Source: Mobula hypostoma (taxonomy: Eukaryota). From it: a stretch of DNA of 64,000 nt. Under the pieces are notes generated by a model. The model ran no database searches, was not told the origin of the DNA, and saw nothing but the letters and a program-made list of their open reading frames with translations. Below, piece after piece: positions 51,110-62,774 of the stretch (the stretch's first letter is position 1; every line of letters begins with the position of its first letter). Where the stretch lies: the NCBI RefSeq assembly GCF_963921235.1, contig NC_086108.1, positions 26,474,001 to 26,538,000 of the forward strand. Direction: 5' to 3'. The position numbers and the translations under genes are program-made.

Positions 51110-51772
51110 GAGTGCAAGTTTAAAGGAGATTTGCAAGGCAGTTACTTACTTTACACAGATAATGGTATACGTCTGTAACATGCTGCCAGGGACCTAGTGG
51201 AATCAGATATGACAGCATGTTTTAGAGGTACTTAAACAATCAGGTGATCCATATCAGATGGATTGTGAGAGTGCAGCTGATTGATCGTGCAGTGATTCAG
51301 TTGAGCATCCTATGCATGGAGGACTTCTCTTTTCTCACAGGCTTTCGAATGAGCATGTTTTCATCTTGGTGGGTTCAGTTCGTAGGTCCTGCACTGTAAA
51401 TTGCCCAGCGTGTACAGCTACTAGTGTAACTCAGTAAAAATATTTAATCGCATTACTCTGTTGTTCTTGCTCCACATGCCCACAACAGCCAGGAACAGAG
51501 GGATATAGACCATTTGCAAACAGATCAGATCAGTTAGATTGGAATCATGTTGGGCTGAAAGACCCTATTATTGCGCTGTACTGTTCTATGTTCTATATTT
51601 AGAGATAGGCATTTATTTCTGGTGATGATTTCGCTATGCTTTCCTCCAAGCTGGTGGGCTGTCATATCTAGCAAGGGTTTGTATGTGCCTTTACTGAGGC
51701 TGCTGGGAGACCAAGCAGTAGAATATCAAGTTTTTTATCTCAATGGCTGGGGAGATCTGGGCTGTTATTCAA

Positions 51773-52140
51773 TATTTTTTTTTAATTTCAAAAATAAACT
51801 TTATTTAGAATAAAAAGTACATACAAAAGAATAAATATAGTGCAGAAGTTTTACATTTACTTAGTGTTAACTTAATTTTAGAAACATAGCACAATTGCTG
51901 CTCATGTGGCCACCCGGGTTAATACACTCTTTTGTTGTTTGACGTACTTCCCACCCGACTGAGCCCCTCCACATTCTGTAGCAGAAGAGGTCTAAACTGT
52001 GGTCATTCCCCTTCTGAACCTTTGCTTTGTCCACACCAAGCTTTGGTGCATTCCTCAGCACATGCTTTTGCAGTTGACAACATTCCCTCGCTGTGCTTCC
52101 AGCAGACCAAACAGCACCTTTCACTCAGCTGATGATTGCC
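51773..52140 (-). mobile_element. Tx1/L1-clade LINE 3' fragment
   Basis: Minus strand reads VKGAVWSA..ECCQL..HVLRNAPKLG (Tx1-like C-terminus); AATAAA and an A-tail appear as the T-run at 51773-51783. Confidence 0.6.
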
Positions 52141-52189
52141 AGTGAGTTAGCTGGAATCCAGAAGGAGCCAGTGAGTTTGTTTACACTGG

Positions 52190-52412
52190 TTGGCATGATA
52201 GCGCAGTGGTTAGTGCAACACTATTGCAGCGCCAGCTAGTCCATTGCTGTCTGTAAGAGGTTTGCATGTTCTCCCCATTGCTGCATGGGTTTCTTCCCAA
52301 TTTCCAAACACAAAAGTTAGTAAGTCACTTGATTGCTTGGGTGTATTAGGGTGATGTGGGCTCATTGGGCTGGAAGGGCCTGTTACGATGCTGTATCTCT
52401 AAAAGAAATAAA
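52190..52412 (+). mobile_element. HE1/V-SINE-like SINE
   Basis: GGCATGATAGCGCAGTGGTTAG A-box head; GGGCTGGAAGGGCCTGTTACGATGCTGTATCTCTAAAA tail. Confidence 0.7.
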
Positions 52413-52579
52413 ATGTTCAAGGTTCTATTGGTAGGACTCATTGTTGACATTAAATGGAGGGCTGTACAATCACTGTTAAACTTGGTTATTGTTGTCATGG
52501 CTGGATAACAGGGAATCTTGCAAATGGACTTGATGGAAGTTCTGTAGGGGCCGTCTCTACGTACTGCACAAGGCATAGT

Positions 52580-52990
52580 TTGTAAGCTTTTAGATGTCAC
52601 TAAAATTGGAGGTGTCATGACAGTGAAGATGGTTATCAGGAATTACAGGGGAATTTTGATCAGGTGGGTAAGTTGGCTATGGAACCTCAAGTGGAGTTTA
52701 ATTCAGAGATACTGTTGGAACTTGAGGGTCTAAGTTATGGAGAGAGGTTGAGCAGACTGAAACTTTACTAATTGGAGTGTGGGAGAATGATGAAAAATAT
52801 TATAGATGTTAATGAATTCATGAGGGCTATAGAAAGGGTGAAAATACAAACAGGTTAGAGTATTGAAAACCAAGGACATAGCTTTAGGATGTGAGAGGAG
52901 ACATTTAACAAGGACATGAAGGGCAACTTTTTCAACCAGAAAATAATCAGTATATGCTATGAGTTTCTAGAGTAAAAATTGAGACAGGCA
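52580..52990 (+). mobile_element. Old CR1 fragment
   Basis: ACTAAAATTGGAGGTGTC..AGTTATGGAGAGAGGTTGAG..GGCAACTTTTTCAACCAG. Confidence 0.6.
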
Positions 52991-54079
52991 CTGATATATG
53001 GTCTTGACCTAACCTACACATTTGGCCTCCACCAATACTGCTTCGCCCACCAAGTTTTTCCACCATTCTGTTTCTCACTCTGTCATAGGTAACCAGGCTG
53101 AATTTTCACCTCACTAACCTAGGAAGACTGATGTAACTGCAGCAGCAACCAAGTGAAGATCAGTTGAGCCAGCACACACCGGGGACTGAAAGTGCAAACG
53201 TCTTGGCATATGTTCTGTACAGCACACTGATCAGTGCCAAGAACCTGGAGATGTTGTTTTTATAGCCCATGAAGTGCTAGAAAAATAGTTTGCTGAGTGG
53301 CACCACTGCTGATGATCTGAGAGGGTGATTTGCTTCAATTAGATGTGGAGGATATTCTGCTTCCAGCTTTGTCAAAATCCATTAGTCCTGTGACTTATAA
53401 AACGTTCCTACAGTGCTTAACTTCTCTGCTAAAGCTCTCCAAATCAGTTAAATGATTGCAGATTTTGGCATTGTTCATTGACTCATGTGCACAAGAAGAA
53501 AAATTCCTGGCACACAAAGGGATGCTATTTAACAAACGCTGACTAAAACACGTATAACTAATTGGACTATTCCCAACTTCCACCTCCTACTGTAGCCCTA
53601 TAGATTATGAAACAGCAAATGCAATTTTTTAAACATGATGAGTGTTTATGCTGCCACCACCATTTTGTGTAGAAAATTCCTGACTCATGTTATAATGGTG
53701 AAAACAATATCTCAACTCCCCTTTCATTGTTTTGTCTGTTTCATGAAATATAGTTATCTCTGCTGAGAGAAGTTGGTCCTTTTTAATTGCCCAATCCAAG
53801 CTTCATATATATCTCCATTAAATCCTCACTGCATCTCCCTATTGCTCCAAAGGGAAAGCCCCAACAAGGTCATTCAATCACACTTGTGAAGAAAGTGATG
53901 CATAAAATATGAAAGAACATTAGAAGATGATTGAAACACTCATCCGCTTAGGCAGATCAACAGAGAGGTCGACTGAACCTACATTTCAGACCAATAATCT
54001 TCCGGTGTTTTGGCCATTTTAAAAATTGTTTTTTATCACTAAGCTTCTCCAACCCTACTTATGTACTTGCAAGATCTCC

Positions 54080-56001
54080 TCTTACTTACCCCTGGAACAG
54101 GACCCCACCGAAAAACATCAAACCATTGTCTCCCGTACCATCACTGCCCTTATCAACTCCAGAGACCTTCCATCCTCAGCCACTAAACTCATAATTCCCA
54201 CATCCCGTACTGCTCGGTTTTACCTCCTCCCCAAGATCCACAAGCCTGACTGTCCCAGCAGACCCATAGTTTCTGCCTGCTCCTGTCCCACCGAACTTGT
54301 ATCTGCCTACCTGGACTCCATTTTGTCACTCATAGTTCAGTCTCTCCCCACCTACATCCGGGATACATCCCATGCCCTCCACCTCTTCAATAACTTCCAG
54401 TTCCCCGGTCCCAGCCGCTACATTTTCACTATGGATGTCCAATCCCTATACACCTCCATTCCCCATGAAGAAGGCCTCAAAGCCCTCTACTACTTTCTGG
54501 ATAATAGACCTCACCAGTTCCCCACCACCACTACCCTCCTCCGGTTGGCGGAACTGGTTCTCACACTCAATAACTTCTCTTTTGGCTTTTCCCACTTCCT
54601 TCAGACCAATGGTGTAGCTATGGGAACTCGCATGGGCCCTAGCTATGCCCGCCTCTTCGCTGGTTATGTGGAACAATCTGTGCTCCAAACCTATTCTGGT
54701 ACTGCTCCCCAACTTTTCCTTTGGTACATTGATGACTACATTGCTGCTGCTTCCTGCACCCATGCTGAGCTCGTCAATTTCATCGACTTTACTTCTAACT
54801 TCCACCCAGCCCTCAAATTCACTTGGTCTGTCTCGGACACTTCTCTCCCCTTTCTCGATCTCTCGGTCTCCATCTCTGGAGACAGACTGTCCACTGACAT
54901 CTCCTGCAAGCCCACTGACTCTCATAACTACCTCAACTATACCTCTTCCCACCTGCCACATGCAAAAATGCCATTCCCTATTCCCAATTCCTCCGTCTCC
55001 GCCGCATCTGCTCCGAGGATGAGGTTTTCCATTCCAGGACATCTCAAATGTCCTCCTTCTTTAAGAATCGTGGTTTCCCTTCTGCTGTCATTAATGATGC
55101 CCTCACCCACATCTCCTCCATTTCCTGCACTTCGGCTCTCACCCCATCCTCCCGCCACCACAACAGGGATAGAGTTCCCCTTGTCCTCACCTACCACCCC
55201 ACTAGCATCCGGATCCAACACATTATCCTTCGCAACTTCCGCCACCTTCAACAGGACCCCACCACTAAGCACATCTTTCCTTCTCCACCCCCTCCGCCTT
55301 CCGCAGGGATCGGTCCCTCCGCGACTCCCTGGTCCACACGTCCCTCCCCACGGATCACCCACCTGGCACTTATCCCTGTAAGTGCAAGTGCTACACCTGT
55401 CCCTACACCTCCTCTCTTGCCACCATTCAGGGCCCCAAACAGAACTTCCAAGTGAGGCAACACTTCACTTGTGAGTCTGTTGGGGTCATCTATTGCATCC
55501 GGTGCTCCCAGTGTGGCCTCCTCTACATTGGTGAAACCCAACGCAGATTGGGGGACCGCTTCGTCGAGCACCTCTGCTCCGTCCGCCAAAACAGACAGGA
55601 TCTCCCGGTAGCCACCCACTTCAACTCTACTTCCCATTCCCATTCAGATATGTCCATACATGGCCTATCCCTATGTAACTCTGTCCCCTCCCCCAGCTGC
55701 CTACCTCCTCCCTCTTGGTTCCACCTCCTTCTACTACCCATTGTGTTTTCCCCTATTCTTTCTTCACCTTTCCTGCCTATCACCTCCCTGCCTCCCTTCC
55801 CCCACCCCTTTATCTTTCCCCTTACTGGTTTTTCTCCTGAAACCTACCAGCCTTCTCCTTCCCACCCTCCCCCCACCTTCTTTATAGGGCCTCTGCCCCT
55901 TCCCCCTGCAGTCCTGACAAAGGGTTCCGGCCCAAAACCTCGACAGATCTTTTCCACGGATGCTGCCCGACCTGCTGAGCTCCTCCAGCGTGTTGTGAGT
56001 G
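54080..56001 (+). mobile_element. Penelope-like element copy 3 (different subfamily; longest RT; frameshifts; EN C-terminus deleted)
   Basis: FYLLPKIHKP..RPIVSAC..TMDVQSLYTSIP..QTNGVAMGTRMGPSYA..WYIDD; VIYCIRC..LLYIGETQRRLGDRFVEH. TSD TTGCAAGATCTCC at 54067-54079 / 56002-56014. Decayed hammerhead at 55910-55945. Confidence 0.95.
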
Positions 56002-56379
56002 TTGCAAGATCTCCCTGCATCTTTGGCTGATAACATTGTTCAATGTCACTGCAGCACAGAAGCATGACGATTATATATGTTGCCTTGGAGCTCTAGGGCT
56101 CCAGTGGCAGGGCAGGGTTAATCCTCTCTTTCGATGCTGTCTATACAGAGTATGCACATTCCCCACCCATATTCTGAATGTTTGCAGATTGGTAGGATCG
56201 ATCACCCCTGCTGTGTAAGTGAGTGGTAGAATCTAGATAGAGGGGTGGGGGGAGGGAGGTTGAAGGAATGTTGGGAAATGCAACTATTATTGTGTTAGTA
56301 TAAAATGGGTGACTAATCCTCGGTGTAGACTCAATGGATTGAAAAATTTGACACAATTTCAAAGAAGGCATGCTGGTGA

Positions 56380-56845
56380 CTATACTTCATTAGGGGTTTG
56401 AAGAGGTTTGGTATATTACCAAAGACTAGCAATTTTCAACAAATGTATGTGGGAAATATTGACTGGTTGCATCAGAGTATTGAAAGAGGCTCCAGAGTGG
56501 TGTAGGCTGGGTCAGCTCCTTCGTGGGTACAACCCTCCCCACTGTCGAGGACATCTTCAAGATCCTGTGCTCAAGAACATGTCTTGCATCATTAAAGACA
56601 TCTATCATCCGTGACATACCATTTATTATCATCAGCGAAGAGGTAAAGTAGCTTGAAGGTCCACATTCAGTGTTTTAGGAGCATCTTCTTTCCTTGTGCC
56701 ATCAGGTTTCTGAATGGTCCCTGAACACTTATTTATTTAGTGCAACTTATAGCAATTATTTTTATATCTAGCACTGTACTGCTGTCACAAAACAGCAAAT
56801 TTCTTAACATATGTCAATGATAGTTAACCTGAGACTAATTCTCAT
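56380..56845 (+). mobile_element. Old Rex1-type 3' fragment
   Basis: ORF 56408..56614 contains ILTGCI..CIIKDIYHP. Confidence 0.65.
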
Positions 56846-57349
56846 TCTATGACTATATAACATCCGCTTTGATGTGGCGTTCCACTCTGTTGGTGTTGCT
56901 TAATACTGTTTAAGTATTAAGTCCCTGTACTCAAACTGTTTGCACTCACAACAGAGGGATAATCTTTCTGAATCTCTCTACCCATCCTGCTATCTTCAGG
57001 GATCTGAACACGGAAGAAGTCAAAACAAGTGTGCATATTTCTATGTCAGGACATTCCAGAGCACTTTGCAACTTTGTAATGACAACTTTTTAAATAAAAC
57101 CAAGAGAGCTCTCCTGCTCCACTTCAAAATGGGAGCTTGAGTGGGCAGGTCTGTCTTGATGCTAACAAGCCATGGTGGTCTTTATCCATGCCTTGAATAC
57201 ATACGCCACACAATTCCTGCTGAGGCATTCATCTTTTGAAGCCCTGCTAGCCCAATTGAGGTTGTGGTCTCCTGTGGTACCCATCCTTGCAAATGGGCAA
57301 ACTACGAATAGCGATTAGCCCTCAAGTGGTAGATCTTGGGGACAATTCT

Positions 57350-58300
57350 GCAGAGTACCGTTTCACTCATAAAAACTTATGGTGTGGGAGGTGAGCTATT
57401 GTGTGAAGAGAAGATTAACTGGCTAACCATAAACGAAAACAATTAGGTCTTTTTTTCTGGTTGACAAGACATAATAAGTGGTGTGCAATTGTGATGATGC
57501 TAGGGCCTTAACTTTTTACAATGTATAATGACCTGGATAAAGGGAGAAAGAGTATGATTACTGATGACACAAAGATGGCCAGAAAAATAAGTTACGCTGT
57601 GACATAAGGTAGCCATGGTCTGATATAGATAGGTTAAGTGAGTGAGCAAAAATCTAGCAAATGAGATACGATGTAGCAGAATATGAAATTGCCCATTTTG
57701 GCAAGACAAAATAGAATATTATCTAAATAGTAAGGGATTGTAGAGCTCTGGGAATAAGTTCTGATTTACAAAAGGTTTGTATGTAGGCACAGCAAGGAAT
57801 TATGAAAGATAATTGTTTATTACTAGGTGAATTACATAAAGCTAGGAAGATTATACATTGGTTATATAAATCAATGACGAGATTACGTCTGGTGTAATAT
57901 GCACAATTTTAATTGTCCTATTAAAGGTAGAATATTAATGTGGGTAAAGCAGTTCAGATAAGATTTACTAGACTAATATTGGGATGTCTTATGAAGAAAG
58001 CTCTTATAAGATAGTCTTGTAGCACCAGAATTTAGAAGATTAGGATGGTGATTTGCTTGCAATATTTAACATTCTGAGGGGTCTTGCAGAATGGTTGCAG
58101 AAATAGGTTATTTCCTCATGGGAGAATCGAGAAGTAGGGTGTCATTGTTTAAAAAAATTGAGTCGCCCATTGAAGGCAATGAGGCAAAATCCTCTCTTTC
58201 AAAAGGTTGTGAGAGTTTGGAACTCTCATACTTGAAAAGCAGTGACAACAATGTCTTTGAATATTTTTAAGGCTGAGTTGATGTCAAAGCAAGAGGGTGA
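57350..58300 (+). mobile_element. Old CR1 RT/3' fragment
   Basis: TTTACAATGTATAATGACCTGGAT..CTGATGACACAAAGAT..GTTCAGATAAGATTTACTAGACTAAT..GAATATTTTTAAGGCTGAG. Confidence 0.65.
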
Positions 58301-58309
58301 AAGATTGAT

Positions 58310-59462
58310 ATCTTGACTCTACCTCTTCCCACTCTATCTCTTGTAAAAATGGTATTCCCTTTTTTAGTTCCTTCACCTTCACTGCATCTGTTCACAGGAT
58401 GTGGCTTTCCATTCCAGGTCATCAGGGATGACCTCCTTCTTCAAAGAATGGGCTTTCCCTCCCTCCACTATTAATGCTGCCCTCACCTGCATCTCCTCCA
58501 TTTCTTTAAGAACCTCGCTGATCCCATCTTCCTGCTACCTTAGCAGTGATAGAGTTCCTCTTGTCCTTACCTACTACTCCATGAGCTTCTACATCCAACT
58601 CGTCACCCTCCGCAACTTCTGCCATCTCCAAAAGGATCCTACCACTAAACATATCTTCACCTCCCCTCTCCTGCTTTCTGCAGGGTTCATTCACTCTGGG
58701 AATCCCTCATCTATTCATCCTTCCTGGCACTTAACCCTACAGCCCGCCTAAATGCTACACCTGCTCATACACCTCTGCACTCACCTCCATCCAGGGCTGT
58801 AAATAGCCCTTCCGGGTGATGCAACACTTCACCTGCTGGGGTTGTCTATCATGTCTGGTGCTCTTGTTGCGCCTCCTCATTGTAAATTGGGGGGGGGTCG
58901 CTTTGTTGATTACCTCTGCATCATCCACCAAATGCAGAACTTCCTGGTGGCTAACATTTTAATTCCAATTTTCATTCCTGTTATGACATGTCAGTGCAAA
59001 GATGAGGCCATCCTCAGGGTGGAAGAGCAACACCTTATACTCTCTCTGGGTAGTCTCCATCTTGATGGCATGAAAATAAATTTCTCCTTCCAATGAAAAA
59101 AAAAAATCCCTCCCCTTCCCCTCTTCCTCTATTCCCCACTCTTCTCACCTGCCTATCACTTCCCCCCGGGTCCCCTCCTCCTTCATTTTCTTCTGTGGTC
59201 TAATCTCCTTTCCTATCAGATTCTTTCTTCTCCAGCCCTTTACCTGTCTCATCCATCCAGCTTCATCTATCACCTTCCACTCGCTCTAACTCTCCCTTTT
59301 TATTCTGGCATTTCCTCCTTCCTTTTTGGTCCTGAAGAAGGGTCTCAGCCTGAAACATCGACGGTTTATTGACTTCCATAGATGTTGGTGACCTGCTGAG
59401 TTCCTCCAGCATTTTGTATATGTTGCTTTGGATTTACAGCATCTGTAGAACTTCTCATGTTC
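58310..59462 (+). mobile_element. Old Penelope-like element copy 4 (decayed)
   Basis: ORFs 58401..58751 and 58842..59096 are homologous to copies 1-3; hammerhead relic GGTCCTGAAGAAGGGTCTCAGCCTGAAACATCGACG at 59328-59363. Confidence 0.85.
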
Positions 59463-60260
59463 GTATTTCAGCCTAATGGTACAACTGGAAGTTAGTCCTT
59501 CCAACAGAGTTGCATGAGCCAATGCTACCACCTATACATTGAAGGTACTATCAGAGAGGAAGAGATACTAAAGCTTTCTTTTGCAACTTGTGCATTCGCT
59601 TTTATCTTTATGCTACTTCATCCATGAGCTCAGTGGATGCAATGATTAACAACTTTCACAGAACTTAATGGCTACCATTGGTTTATGTTACTAGAAAGGC
59701 TCCTAAAGTTACTCCTAATGTGGAAATCTCATGGTTAATATCATTAATAAAAATTGTAAGGGAAAAGGAATATACTATTTGAGCTTAACTAAGTTCACAA
59801 GAGGAAAAGCGTACAAAATTATCTGTAATAGTTTTGAATGAAAATGGATATGGTCTATAAAAATATATGCACTAACAATTGGATTACTGAGATGAATAAG
59901 AATTTTGTCTCATATTACTCAACTATCGTTCCTTTGAAGTTAATTAGTGGAAAATCAACTCCCTTGTTGACTTACTTGCTTTGTGCTTGTGTTCTGTATT
60001 TACCCGCCTACAGAGAATCATAATGGAGATCAAATCCTGAACAATGCAGATTGATGTTTTAATCCTCCATGTTGTGGCACTGATTTATGATCCACTGTGA
60101 TGCTGGCATCCCCTGCTGTGAAGCAGGTAGAATCCAGCATGGCTGAGCAATGCAGTATATGTGATGCAACTGGTCTACTGTGGAATAATCGCATGATGCA
60201 ATATCCACTCTAAAGAAAGCTGTTTACTACCTTATTAATTCTAATATGCATTCATTCTTT

Positions 60261-60980
60261 ATAAGACCATAAGACACTGGAGCAGAATTAGGCCATTTGA
60301 CATATCCAGCCGGCTTCACTATTCCATCATGGCTGATTTATTATCCCTCTCAATCCATTATTCTGCCTTCTCCCTGTAACCTTTGATGCCAGAATTAATC
60401 AAGAACCTATCAACCTTTGCCTTAAATACACCCACTGACGTAGCCTGCACAGCCACCTGTGGCAATGAATTCCACTGATTCACCACTTCTGGCTAAATAA
60501 ACTTTTCCTCATCTCTGTTCTAAATGGGCATGCCTCAATTCTGAGGCCAAGCCCTCTGGTCCTAGACTCCCCTACTGTAGGAAACATCCTCTCCACATCC
60601 ACTCTATCTAGGCTTTTCAATATTCAATAGCTTTCCATGAGATCAAACCCACCCCCATTCTTCTAAACTCCAGTGAGTTCAGACCCAGAACCATCAAACA
60701 CTCCTAATATACTAACCTGTTCATTCCTGGGATCATTTTTTTGAATGTCCTCTGGACTCTTTCCAGTGCCAGCACAACTTTTCTCAGATGAGTGACCCAA
60801 AACTGCTCACAATACTCTAAGTATGGTCTGAAAAATGCTTTATGAAGACTCAGCATTCCATCCTTGCTTTTGTATTCTAGTCCTCTCAAAATGAATGCTA
60901 ATATTGTATTTCCCTTTCTCACCACCAATTCAACCTGCAAGTTAACCTTTAGTGAATCCCACACCAGGACTCCCAGGTCT
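60261..60980 (-). mobile_element. CR1 LINE 3' fragment
   Basis: ORF 60704..60964 LKVNLQVE..LEYCEQFW; (TCTTATGG)n tail. Confidence 0.88.
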
Positions 60981-61407
60981 CTTTATGAACTCAAGTTACC
61001 CACGATAAAGGGATCAATTTATGGGATCAATGTTATGCTCTTTAAGTTCTCTTCAACTAGCTAGCAGAAAACAGATTGTCATTACCATGTTAAGCAGACC
61101 AAGGTTATTCTGTGACAGAAATATAAGCTCAGAAGTTGTTGCAGGTGATTATTGTGGATGGATCTGTAAGAGCTCAACTAAAATAGTAGACAAAAGAATG
61201 TTAACACTCAGTGTTAAATATTAATGGGCTAACATGACCAATAGTAATTTGTAGGAATTTAAAGCAACCAGGTTCTACAGAGGCAGAGCCAACTGTGGGA
61301 ACAATCAGCAAACAACAGGAATTCTGCAGATGCTGGAAATTCAAGCAACACACATCAAAGTTGCTGGTGAACGCAGCAGGCCAAGCAGCATCTATAGGAA
61401 GAGGCGC

Positions 61408-61443
61408 AGTCGACGTTTCAGGCCGAGACCCTTCGTCAGGACT
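61408..61443 (-). ncRNA. Minimal type I hammerhead ribozyme (intact, minus strand)
   Basis: Reverse complement is AGTCCTGACGAAGGGTCTCGGCCTGAAACGTCGACT. Confidence 0.78.
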
Positions 61444-61490
61444 AACCCCTCCTCCAGCTTTCAAATCCCTTACTCACTCTTCCTTCAGTT

Positions 61491-61526
61491 AGTCCTGACG
61501 AAGGGTCTCGGCCTGAAACGTCGACT
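61491..61526 (+). ncRNA. Minimal type I hammerhead ribozyme (intact, plus strand)
   Basis: AGTCCTGACGAAGGGTCTCGGCCTGAAACGTC^GACT; predicted cleavage after 61522. Confidence 0.78.
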
Positions 61527-62774
61527 GCGCCTCTTCCTATAGATGCTGCTTGGCCTGCTGCGTTCACCAGCAACTTTGATGTGTGTTGCAACAATCAGCA
61601 AGTCAGGATCAATAGCGCCTGAAAATGCCCCCTTTTGAAAAATGATTTTTCCCCTTGAATTGCCACTGTGTCTTCTGCATATTGCCAAATGTAATATTAT
61701 ACAGTGGCACAAGGTTCTGAAATGCAAGTTTAGAAAAAAAAATTATTAGCATATTTAAGAGTGGTGATATTTGATTAATGAAACTGATAATGGATTAACA
61801 TTAAGCAGTTAGCATTTCAAGTCAGTGTAAATCTTTATGAAATCACAGTGTAAATTTAAGCTACTGAGATTTACTTAAAATAGCAAAGAGATATTTGCAA
61901 TTTAGATTTGGGTACAGTACCTGATTCCAAAAATAAAAGTTCTCAAAATAATATTTTCAATGTTAGTTTGCTGCTCACTCCTGCATTAGGAAGGTTGTCT
62001 GGGCTCCATACAAAGGAAAGAACAAGTACACAGAGGCAGGTAGAGCATACAGGGACATTTCTCTTCATTCTAGACTCCCCAAAGTGCAGGCATTCAGAAA
62101 TGGTTCCCCTGTCCTCACAGAGATCTCCCTTGTAGCACTGGAAGATGTTACTGGCCCCTGTAAGCAAACAATATGCCGTCCGAGGGTACTGATTTTCACC
62201 ACCCTGTCATGGTTTATCTGACCCTCTCTGATCATACCATCATCCCCTCCGTCATCAATGTAACATCTAGAAGCAACACTTCTCTTTTGCCTCTTTCTGA
62301 GGTTGGCCTTAAAGTGCTGCCTTTCATAAATCATACCTGCTACAACAGGCCAAAGGTCAAAAAGGAGCACCGCAACGTGAGTGATAGAATACAACTTTAA
62401 CAAAAAGTGATGACCTGCAGTGCTGTTCCAACACCAAAAGTAATGCGTGATTTTACCAGGCCCTTTGCATTTTACATGCAAACCAAAACTCCCAATTCAT
62501 TGGTTTTGCATTGCCCCATTACTTTCTATTTTGGGTGGTTGCTAATCAAAATAAGGCAGATAAGTGTCAGCTTCTATTAAGAATGATTTTCTTCATGTTT
62601 CACATTTGAAGTAATAAGCTGACATTGTCTCACTGATCAGCTGAATATTTATTCAGTGCAAACTTAATTAGAAGGACACATACACCAAAACTAATTTCTT
62701 TACTTAGTGACTGTATTTGCTGCCCAGATGAGGGATCTGGCCGAATAGTAAAGACCTGTGCTGATCAGCTTGCA

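Larger units (their letters stand above)
61312..61589. mobile_element. Palindromic Penelope-tail mini-element with two back-to-back hammerheads
   Basis: 61345-61446 is a perfect 102/102 reverse complement of 61488-61589 with a 41-nt spacer; TSD AACAATCAGCAA at 61300-61311 / 61590-61601. Confidence 0.93.

Noticed and set aside
54446..55643. Long antisense or alternative-frame ORFs over Penelope, CR1 and Rex1 copies
   Set aside because: Shadow ORFs caused by compositional bias of the element coding strand.
7759..61526. Recurrent 36-nt palindromic motif considered as a CRISPR repeat
   Set aside because: Dispersed rather than arrayed with spacers, eukaryotic context, no cas genes; explained as Penelope tails.
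62065..62481. 138-aa minus-strand ORF and a faint Harbinger-like peptide (RPRV..YLTLSD) on the plus strand
   Set aside because: No convincing domain or splice structure; too weak to call without a profile search.
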